Positions 38,508-45,697 of a stretch of DNA of 45,697 nt are shown one piece after another. A model generated the notes under the pieces. The model did no database searches. It worked only from the letters and a program-made list of their open reading frames with translations, and was not told where the DNA came from. The stretch lies in the sequence record SRR31156797_2194; one strand, written 5' to 3'. How positions within the stretch are numbered: the first letter of the stretch is position 1; each line of letters begins with the position of its first letter. Made by a program: the position numbers and the translations under genes.

Positions 38508-38666
38508 TTACTTTTTACCCCAGAATTTATTTGCAATTTTTCCCCATAGATTTTCCTCAACTTCTTCACCGTCTTGAATTCTATAATAATTGTTCATAAT
38601 TCCTCGGAGACCTACAGCTAAATATATAATCAAAAACGTTACTGCTAATGTTAATGGATGTGTCAT
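38508..38666 (-). CDS. small membrane protein (52 aa), absent from ORF track
   Basis: Hand translation MTHPLTLAVTFLIIYLAVGLRGIMNNYYRIQDGEEVEENLWGKIANKFWGKK; AGGAGGG RBS; TGtTATAAT at 38718-38710; downstream terminator. Confidence 0.7.
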   Translation of the reverse strand: MTHPLTLAVTFLIIYLAVGLRGIMNNYYRIQDGEEVEENLWGKIANKFWGKK

Positions 38667-38773
38667 ATTCCCTCCTGTTTAAATCAACTCATTTTCTTTT
38701 TTGCATTAAATTATAACATATTTGTTAAGTTTGGTTAAGAAATATACTTATTTATATTAAATTAATTTTTAAT

Positions 38774-40357
38774 TTAAATTCTTATTATTCTAGTTGCTAC
38801 ACTTTCTACAAAATATTTATCATGTTCAATAAAAAGCATAGTTGGTTTATACTTCAGTATAGCTTCCTCCAAACGTCTTCTTGTTGATACATCTAAGTAG
38901 TTAAGTGGTTCATCCCAAATAAGCAGTGATGATTCATTTAACATTGATTTAGTTAATTGAATCTTTTTTCTCTCACCTTCGCTAAATTCACTTGATGTTT
39001 TATAGAAAATATCCTCCTTCACTCCAAAGCAAGCCAGTATATTCCTAAATTCACTTTCATTAATATTTTCATTTTGCAAATACTCTCTTAAATTAGAAAA
39101 TTTTAAGTTAAAATCCTGACTTGCGTATACTACTTCTTGATCACCATGCATATGGATAACTCCACTATTATATGATACTTTCTTCAATATCGAATTAATT
39201 ATACTGCTTTTTCCACATCCGTTTTTCCCAATTAAAGCTACTCTATCTCCCTTTTCAATATGTAAATTAAAGTTTTCTATCACATGATTTCCGCTATACT
39301 CGATATTTAAATTATTAATTGTTAATATCTTTTTTCCTGATTTTTTTAGCAGATAAAATTTTAACTCATACTCTTTTTCATAATTTTTCAAGAGACTTTT
39401 CATTTCTGTTATCTGTTTATCAATTCTACCTTCGATATTTTTAGCTCTTTGCATCAATTTGGCAGCTTTATGTCCGATATAACCTCTATCCACTACAGGA
39501 CTTTTACATACTCCGCTACTTTTTTGCTTTTCCTTTGAGCTTGACCATTTTTCTTTTTCATACATACTTTGAGTTAATTTACTAATATCTTTTTTAAGTT
39601 TAAGATTTTTCTTATGCTCACTCTCTTCTTTCAAAATCTTTTCAGTTTCCCAATTCGAATAACTTGTTTTGGAAAGCTCTAATCCTGTTTTTTCAATACT
39701 CAAAATATGATCAGCAATTTGATCCATAAAAAATCTATCATGAGAAACACATATAAAACCACTTTTTCTATTCAAATATTTTGCAACTATTTCTCTGCTA
39801 TAGATGTCTAAATGATTAGTTGGTTCGTCAATCAAAATATAATTGTCTTTTCGTAAAAATAAAGCAATTAGCATTAATTTTGTTTGTTCTCCACCGCTTA
39901 AAATCTGAAATTCTTTATTTAATATACTCTCTTCTAATTCTAATTCTTCCAGTTCTTTTTTAATTAGTGCTTCAATTTCATAACCATTTAAACTTCTAAA
40001 TTTTTCTTCTATCTCGCCATACTCTTCCAATGAAATAGCATCGCCTTTAGTTAGTAATTCCTCTATTCTTCTTTGCCAATATCTAAAAGGAGCTATCATA
40101 TCTTTAACAACATTCATTACAATATTTTTTTTATCAACTATTTCAAATGGAAAATATGAAACTTTAATATCTTTTATAATTTCACCTTTACTTGGCAGAT
40201 ATTTTTCTGCTAATAATTTTAATAGTGTCGTTTTACCCTTTCCATTTTTTCCAACTAAACCTATCTTCCATTTCACATCTAGTTCAGTGTTGAAACCATC
40301 AAATACCTCTATACCGTTATAATCAAATCCTAAATTTTTTATATAAATTTTCCCCAT
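38774..40357 (-). CDS. ABC-F ribosomal protection protein, Lsa/CplR-like
   Basis: Two ABC domains without TM (GKNGKGKT, LSGGE, LIDEPTNHLD; GKNGCGKS, IWDEPLNYLD); linker GYIGHKAAKLMQRAK; start moved to ATG 40357 behind AGGAG. Confidence 0.85.
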   Translation of the reverse strand: MGKIYIKNLGFDYNGIEVFDGFNTELDVKWKIGLVGKNGKGKTTLLKLLAEKYLPSKGEIIKDIKVSYFPFEIVDKKNIVMNVVKDMIAPFRYWQRRIEELLTKGDAISLEEYGEIEEKFRSLNGYEIEALIKKELEELELEESILNKEFQILSGGEQTKLMLIALFLRKDNYILIDEPTNHLDIYSREIVAKYLNRKSGFICVSHDRFFMDQIADHILSIEKTGLELSKTSYSNWETEKILKEESEHKKNLKLKKDISKLTQSMYEKEKWSSSKEKQKSSGVCKSPVVDRGYIGHKAAKLMQRAKNIEGRIDKQITEMKSLLKNYEKEYELKFYLLKKSGKKILTINNLNIEYSGNHVIENFNLHIEKGDRVALIGKNGCGKSSIINSILKKVSYNSGVIHMHGDQEVVYASQDFNLKFSNLREYLQNENINESEFRNILACFGVKEDIFYKTSSEFSEGERKKIQLTKSMLNESSLLIWDEPLNYLDVSTRRRLEEAILKYKPTMLFIEHDKYFVESVATRIIRI

Positions 40358-40387
40358 TTCAATCACTCCTTTTTATTTGTTCGTAAT

Positions 40388-40487
40388 AAAAAAAGCCCCT
40401 AAAACTAAACTTCATTAGAATTAAAGGCTTTGACACATGTTATATTTTGCAAAAAATTAAAAAAGCCGAGAAACAAATTCCTCGGCT
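40388..40487 (-). terminator. two tandem terminator-like hairpins in the ABC-F leader
   Basis: Minus strand AGCCGAG...CTCGGCT-TTTTT (40487-40459) and AAAGCC...GGCTTT-TTTT (40431-40388). Confidence 0.65.
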
Positions 40488-40534
40488 AATATACTAAATT
40501 AAAATATTTATCAAAAACTATATTATCAGAAATT

Positions 40535-40591
40535 TCATTTCATAGAAGTTAAATTATTTAATTGATATAATTTTTTAACTTCTAAAAACAC
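40535..40591 (-). CDS. putative leader peptide (18 aa, MFLEVKKLYQLNNLTSMK)
   Basis: GGAGG 6 nt before a GTG start; lies between a promoter and the leader terminators. Confidence 0.5.
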   Translation of the reverse strand: MFLEVKKLYQLNNLTSMK

Positions 40592-40633
40592 TAATTTCCT
40601 CCATCTTATTATTAATTTTTTCTAACTGAATTA

Positions 40634-40662
40634 AGTATACAACATCTTTATCTATTTTTCAA
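40634..40662 (-). promoter_or_regulatory. sigma70-type promoter of the ABC-F leader
   Basis: TTGAAA (40662-40657)-17-TATACT (40639-40634). Confidence 0.65.
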
Positions 40663-40667
40663 GTAAT

Positions 40668-40835
40668 TTATTCGTCATTTTTATCAAAGTCAGGGTTAAT
40701 AATAAAATCTCTTAGTTTTTCATAAATTTCATCTTCCAAAGCTTCCTCCTCTTCTATTTCAAAATCATCAAATGTAAGTGTTAGGTCAGCAATATGTCTT
40801 AATTCATTTCCGGAAACACTAATATATTTATTCAT
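40668..40835 (-). CDS. small acidic protein (55 aa), absent from ORF track
   Basis: Hand translation MNKYISVSGNELRHIADLTLTFDDFEIEEEEALEDEIYEKLRDFIINPDFDKNDE; strong GAGGAGGGG RBS. Confidence 0.7.
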   Translation of the reverse strand: MNKYISVSGNELRHIADLTLTFDDFEIEEEEALEDEIYEKLRDFIINPDFDKNDE

Positions 40836-40985
40836 TTCTCCCCTCCTCGTACTTCGATTTTATAATCTAAGTATACAAGTTTATTCTTAGAGAGGTGTGA
40901 ATACTTGTTTTAAGTCTATCTTAATCCGTTTTTAAGTTTATTCTAATAAAAAAATAAACACTTCATCTAATTAAATTTGAAGTGT

Positions 40986-41582
40986 TTATTTTGATACATA
41001 CCTATTGTCTTTAATATAAAATCGCCAGAGTTTATCTATATATTCTTCTGCATAATCAATATTAATTCTTTTAGACTCAACTATTTCTATTTTTTTCTTA
41101 TTTTCATCTTTCATAATATAGAGTTCATTCCCATTAAATAAATTATAAGTATTTAATTTTTTATCTATCTCCATTGCTTTACATAATTTTCCGGGACCGT
41201 TTGTTAAATCCTCTATTTTTTTACTTTTAATATTTCTATTTTTCTTAATTAATTCCAATCCCTCAATTGGCTCAACAACCCTTATTAAAACACCTTCAGG
41301 TTTATTCTCTATATTAGTTATAACATTAAGGCAATTATACATTCCATATATCAGATACACATATGAATATCCTCCGTGTTTAAACATCACTTCTGTTCTA
41401 ACAGTTCTTTTATTCCCATAAGCATGACAAGCTTTATCCTCTGGTCCAATATAAGCTTCTGTCTCAACAATTTTACAAATTATTTTTTCGCCGTTAATTT
41501 CTCTTACTAACAATTTTCCTAATAATTGCTGAGCTACATTCAATGCATCTTGTTTATAAAATTCTAATCCCAGTTTTTTCAT
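40986..41582 (-). CDS. DNA-3-methyladenine glycosylase (MPG/AAG family)
   Basis: IVETEAY, YVYLIYGMY, VLIR, NGPGKLC, WRF. Confidence 0.92.
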   Translation of the reverse strand: MKKLGLEFYKQDALNVAQQLLGKLLVREINGEKIICKIVETEAYIGPEDKACHAYGNKRTVRTEVMFKHGGYSYVYLIYGMYNCLNVITNIENKPEGVLIRVVEPIEGLELIKKNRNIKSKKIEDLTNGPGKLCKAMEIDKKLNTYNLFNGNELYIMKDENKKKIEIVESKRINIDYAEEYIDKLWRFYIKDNRYVSK

Positions 41583-41613
41583 ACTTTGTTCTTCCAATCT
41601 ATTATTCTCAAAT

Positions 41614-42279
41614 TCATTTATTTCTCAAATAATACATACGATTTGTTAAGTCATATTCTTTAAATTCAACTACTATTTCTTCTTCAATGATAAAATATGG
41701 TTTTATTATTTCTCTGAATTTTTCATCACTTAAATTCCATAAAAAAAGTCCCGATTCCTCTTTATAAAATTCTTTTGATATTTCCCTAAATTTCCCCTGT
41801 TCTCGCTGTTCTTTTTCTATATAAGGATTTATTTTCAGCAGAATCTTTCCACCTGGTTTGATGATCTTATTTATGGTATTTAATACATGCATTGAATCTT
41901 TTGGATCAATATTATCTATTATGTTAAAGAGTACAGCGCAATCAACCGAATTATGCATAAATAAATTTAATTGTTCCACCCCACCTGTTAGTAAATCCAA
42001 TTTTTCTTTATGTCCATAATTAGTAAGAATTTGCTTTGCAATCTCAACTGCATCTTTACAAATATCTATTCCATGAGCAAATTTTATTCCTTTGTCTAAG
42101 CATCTACTAATTACTTTTCCATTTCCACAACCAAAATCAATAACTGATCTATTATTTTCTATCAACCAATCTAAGCCTGATTCTATTTCGTTTATATTGA
42201 TTTTTTCACTCGGTGAATATGCTGGTGCTTCACCAAATACTTCACTCCAAAACTCTTTTGTCTCGTCATAGTTTTTCAT
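41614..42279 (-). CDS. class I SAM-dependent methyltransferase
   Basis: VIDFGCGNG, GIDI, IKPGG. Confidence 0.85.
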   Translation of the reverse strand: MKNYDETKEFWSEVFGEAPAYSPSEKININEIESGLDWLIENNRSVIDFGCGNGKVISRCLDKGIKFAHGIDICKDAVEIAKQILTNYGHKEKLDLLTGGVEQLNLFMHNSVDCAVLFNIIDNIDPKDSMHVLNTINKIIKPGGKILLKINPYIEKEQREQGKFREISKEFYKEESGLFLWNLSDEKFREIIKPYFIIEEEIVVEFKEYDLTNRMYYLRNK

Positions 42280-42296
42280 AATGCCCCCTCATTTAT

Positions 42297-43025
42297 TTAA
42301 ATACTATGAATCAAATCAAAATTCGACTGATGAATCTTTCGTCTATACTCATCATCAAACTCTATTTTCTTTCCCGACTTTAAATCTTTCAAATACTTAA
42401 TTATCTCTTTCAGCTCATTTATTGTTATTTCCAAATTATGTGCAGCATAAATTTTATTCGGTTTGTATCTTAAATAATTTTCTAATGTTCGTATATAAGT
42501 GTCTATATCATTGTCCTCAACATAAATAATTGGTTTTTCCAAATTATCACCAGCATAGAGTATTCTATTCTCATGATCAAATATTGAGATACTATCCTTT
42601 GTATGTCCCGGAGAATAGAAAATTTCTATTTTATCATCATGAAATTCCAACTTATTCTTAAAAGTAACATTTGGTAGTACTTTTTTTACCTCACCAAATA
42701 AGTATTTGCTATTTCTTTCAATTTGACACTCCCATTTTTCATCAATAAGTTTTCTACACAATTCATGAGAAATTATATTTTTATTTTCAAAGCAACAATT
42801 CCCCCATATATGATCCCAATGAAAATGTGTATTAATAATAACTAACTCTTTATCTTTAATTTTCTCAATATCCTGTATAATGCTCTTTAGGCTTTCAGGC
42901 CCGCAAAATGTATCTATTAAATAAATTCGCGATTTTTTCTCTATAAAATAAAGATAAGTCTCAAAATTTTCAAGTTCATCAAAACAATAAACTATAACTT
43001 TATTTGATAATATAGTTTTTTTCAT
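42297..43025 (-). CDS. MBL-fold metallo-hydrolase
   Basis: LIDT, NTHFHWDHIWGN, PGHT, AGD, AH metal ligands. Confidence 0.88.
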   Translation of the reverse strand: MKKTILSNKVIVYCFDELENFETYLYFIEKKSRIYLIDTFCGPESLKSIIQDIEKIKDKELVIINTHFHWDHIWGNCCFENKNIISHELCRKLIDEKWECQIERNSKYLFGEVKKVLPNVTFKNKLEFHDDKIEIFYSPGHTKDSISIFDHENRILYAGDNLEKPIIYVEDNDIDTYIRTLENYLRYKPNKIYAAHNLEITINELKEIIKYLKDLKSGKKIEFDDEYRRKIHQSNFDLIHSI

Positions 43026-43602
43026 CTTGCCTCCTAGAAATCACTCTTTTTTCTATTTTGTTTAGTTCCGATTCAATATCAAATTTCCAAACCATATGAT
43101 GATCACCTTCACCCCAGTAATTTTCTAAAAAATATTGAGGTTCTCCAAATTTTTTATTCCAGGTTTCTTGCGCCAACTTATAGCCTGAGTCAAAGCATGC
43201 TTCCTTAACTCTATCCACTTGCATTTGATTTAAAACATTTAATAATAAGTGATCACTTACTCCTTTTCCTTGATAAATAGGATCAACAAATACAGTTCCT
43301 ATTTCTGGCAGGTGAGCTAATTCATTATTAGTGCACTCTTTTATTAATTTATTTGCATTTCCATATTCAACACTTCCTATTATTTCACCCTCTAATTCAG
43401 CAAGAAGAAAAAATCTATGCGAACCATCTGTCTCAAAATCCTGCTCCAAACACTTTATTTTATCTTCTATCTCTTCATGTAGCAAATCTTGCATTGTTAT
43501 TAAATCATTCCTAAAAAAAGTATCCAAAAGTACCTTACGAAAAAAAACATTAATTGACTCTTTCTCATGCTCTTCTGGTCGTCTAATTATCAATTTTTCC
43601 AT
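43000..43602 (-). CDS. GNAT family N-acetyltransferase
   Basis: VFVDPIYQGKGV acetyl-CoA binding motif A. Confidence 0.85.
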   Translation of the reverse strand: MEKLIIRRPEEHEKESINVFFRKVLLDTFFRNDLITMQDLLHEEIEDKIKCLEQDFETDGSHRFFLLAELEGEIIGSVEYGNANKLIKECTNNELAHLPEIGTVFVDPIYQGKGVSDHLLLNVLNQMQVDRVKEACFDSGYKLAQETWNKKFGEPQYFLENYWGEGDHHMVWKFDIESELNKIEKRVISRRQDEKNYIIK

Positions 43603-43621
43603 TACTCACTCCATTTTCATA

Positions 43622-44196
43622 TTAATCCTTATATATAGATAACATTTCCTTTGCAAACTCATATTTTTCTTTCATAATTTCTCGTGCTTCGGGTATTAAT
43701 TTTTTCCAGCTTCTGCTTATTTTGCCATCTACCCATTTTGCACCTTCACTAACACTTAACTGCCTTTTGCAATAAGCTAATTTCAACAGTGAAGGAATAT
43801 GCTCAATATGAGACATCGCATCAGCACTTGCAACACACGCTGCTTCAACGCTACTATATTCAATTCTTACACTTCCTCTATGCTGACAATACACTCTTTC
43901 ACTTTATCAATTTTTTCTTGAGGATACGCTAAATTCTTCAAGATGAGTTCTGCATCCTCAGCTCCGTATAAATGATGTTTTTCCTGTTTTGAATAATCAT
44001 TTATCCCGGCATAATCATGAAGAAGAGCGGCAATCACAACTATTTCAATATCTGCATTAAGTTTAATAGCGAGTATTTTAGAATACTTCACAACATCTAC
44101 TATATGATACTGCCATATATCATAAGTAAAAAAGTTCGTCTCCTTCTTACACACATCCTCAACAAGTCTTGAAACTTCATTTATAATTTCACTCAT
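43622..44196 (-). pseudogene. HD-domain phosphohydrolase split by a frameshift
   Basis: 5' ORF has H...ALLHD...HH.YGA...VKECI; the overlapping 3' ORF continues HRGS...ADAMSH in another frame; one added base near 43888 restores ECIxQHRGS. Confidence 0.75.
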
Positions 44197-44204
44197 TTAT
44201 TTCC

Positions 44205-44666
44205 TCAATTCTTATCCCAGTTTTGTATTTCAATAATATTTCCTTCTGGATCATTTGCATAAACCACTGTCAGTATTCCTATTCCATCAAACTCTTTTTT
44301 TATTACCTTTCCTAATTGACTTCCACCATTTGCAATTATAGTTTCCAAAACTTGTTCTACAAAATCAACATGAAAAGCCAAGTGCGCAAAACCTGTTTGA
44401 TTAATTAAGTGCTTCTTTTCTATCGAAGGAGAATATTCGAATATTTCAAGTGTTGGACCATTCTCTTCATAGCCAGGTAAAGCTAAATGCATTCCTTTAA
44501 TTTCTACACTTTCTATTCCGATTATCTCATCAATCCACTCACCTTTTAAATCTCTTTCAGGTAGCAAAGGTTTACAATTCAATACTTCGATATAAAATTT
44601 AGCCAGCTTTCTCCAATCTCTTGCAATTAAATTAGTATGAACATATTTTATATTATTTTTATTCAT
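44205..44666 (-). CDS. VOC / glyoxalase family protein
   Basis: HTNL...FY, LEIF, GFAHLAFHV, DPEGNIIEI; start moved to ATG 44666 behind AAAGGTG. Confidence 0.88.
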   Translation of the reverse strand: MNKNNIKYVHTNLIARDWRKLAKFYIEVLNCKPLLPERDLKGEWIDEIIGIESVEIKGMHLALPGYEENGPTLEIFEYSPSIEKKHLINQTGFAHLAFHVDFVEQVLETIIANGGSQLGKVIKKEFDGIGILTVVYANDPEGNIIEIQNWDKN

Positions 44667-44670
44667 AGAC

Positions 44671-45519
44671 TCACCTTTCGAATTTTTCAACATTATAAAA
44701 TGAACCCAGTATCTTAATATGATTATTTTTCATCACTTCTTCTATAGAATCTCTAACTCTTTCATCCTTCGTATAGCATCCCTCTATATCAATAAAAAAG
44801 TTGTATTTTCCAAGTTCTTTTTTTGTCGGTCGTGAAATAATAGATAGTAAATTTATATTATTTTTTGCAAAACAATTCAATACTTCACTTAATAATCCCG
44901 GTCGATCATTTTCATTACTAATTACAAAGGAGCTTTTCCACGCTTTATCTCCAGTTAATTCATTATTATCATATGGATTTAATATAACAAATCTCGTCTC
45001 ATTCTCTATAGAATCAGCAACATTATCAACTCTATATTTATAGGTTGCTCTGTTATCTAACATATGACTTGGAATAATCGCCGCATCGCATTCAGCGTTT
45101 TCTAAAAATTCTCGATAACTCGCACCATTACTTTCAGTCGTTATAACATTCACTTCATCCAGTTTTTCTATAAAATCTAAACATTGATTGTGAGTCTTAA
45201 ACTGGACAAATAAATTTTTTATCTTTTTATTTTTATCTTTTTTTGATATAAATAAAAAATCAATCGGGAGAATTACCTCATGGATTATTTTTAGGTCACC
45301 TTTTGCTAATAGATCTAAAGTAATTTGGACATATCCATCCAAAGTATTTTCAATTGGGAGAATTCCTAATTCACAATCATTACATACAGCTTCATAAGTT
45401 TTTCGTATAGTTGAATAATAATTTTTATCCAACTCTTTATTTATAATTCTAGAATATTTTTCTGCTGCTAAATCTGTAAAAGTGTTCTCAGGTCCTAGGA
45501 TAGCTATTTTTGTCATCAA
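44671..45519 (-). CDS. pheA: prephenate dehydratase with ACT domain (PheA-like, divergent)
   Basis: LGPENTFT, PIENTLDG, NETRF, ACT domain DRPGLL...SRP...YNFFID, LGSF. Confidence 0.75.
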   Translation of the reverse strand: MMTKIAILGPENTFTDLAAEKYSRIINKELDKNYYSTIRKTYEAVCNDCELGILPIENTLDGYVQITLDLLAKGDLKIIHEVILPIDFLFISKKDKNKKIKNLFVQFKTHNQCLDFIEKLDEVNVITTESNGASYREFLENAECDAAIIPSHMLDNRATYKYRVDNVADSIENETRFVILNPYDNNELTGDKAWKSSFVISNENDRPGLLSEVLNCFAKNNINLLSIISRPTKKELGKYNFFIDIEGCYTKDERVRDSIEEVMKNNHIKILGSFYNVEKFER

Positions 45520-45697
45520 TATTCACCACACTTATTCTAATTTATATATTTCCTAAGTAGTTCTAGGCAATATAACACTCGTTAATTTTCTATTGTCACC
45601 TTTAATTATATCACTTCACTGTGTTACGTTCAACTTTTTTCTTATTTTATAAGAGGGCTTCACCGACAAACAAAATTCAATATTGGCGAAACCTTTA

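Noticed and set aside
42297-43025. Metallo-beta-lactamase resistance gene
   Set aside because: No signal peptide; HxHxDH with this context fits generic cytoplasmic MBL-fold hydrolases.
71-45043. Short overlapping ORFs in the track (for example 71-271, 1116-1337, 5008-5202, 6835-7182, 26598-27011, 28963-29349, 33654-34016, 37501-37905, 44801-45043)
   Set aside because: Antisense or out-of-frame shadows of well-supported genes, with no RBS or recognisable motifs.
40986-45519. Integron cassette array
   Set aside because: Intergenic gaps are too short for attC sites and no integrase is seen.
1-45697. CRISPR array, tRNA, rRNA or known riboswitch
   Set aside because: No regularly spaced repeats, cloverleaf or recognisable aptamer consensus found by eye; a covariance search was not possible.
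45641-45697. Imperfect hairpin at the window edge
   Set aside because: Truncated context; most simply the terminator of a gene outside the window.

Overview
AT-rich bacterial chromosomal window with no rRNA, tRNA, CRISPR array or transposase. The polA-whiA-ribF-scpA-murJ block next to a TolC/RND efflux system suggests a Fusobacteriota-like diderm anaerobe (inference). Left part: alpha/beta hydrolase, 4Fe-4S protein, HD-GYP phosphodiesterase, MATE transporter with an attenuator-like leader, ddl. Next is a Sia-like c-di-GMP signalling locus: a ~1800-aa cytoplasmic Ser/Thr kinase-ATPase-GAF-PP2C protein replaces the membrane phosphatase SiaA, followed by SiaB- and SiaC-like genes and a flavoprotein, with a divergent SiaD-like diguanylate cyclase. 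Then a degenerate S41 peptidase, a PilZ protein and a TetR-controlled RND pump whose TolC carries an extra N-terminal domain; three operator copies are visible. The long minus-strand housekeeping run polA-whiA-ribF-scpA-murJ continues into a CamA-like N6-adenine methyltransferase and a PtuA/PtuB (Septu-like) ATPase + HNH nuclease pair with no retron RT, the best candidate for an undescribed defence arrangement. Right part: an Lsa/CplR-like ABC-F with a uORF/terminator leader, two small ORFs absent from the track, and a packed array of small enzymes including a frameshifted HD gene. All family calls come from motif recognition by eye; no database search was run.
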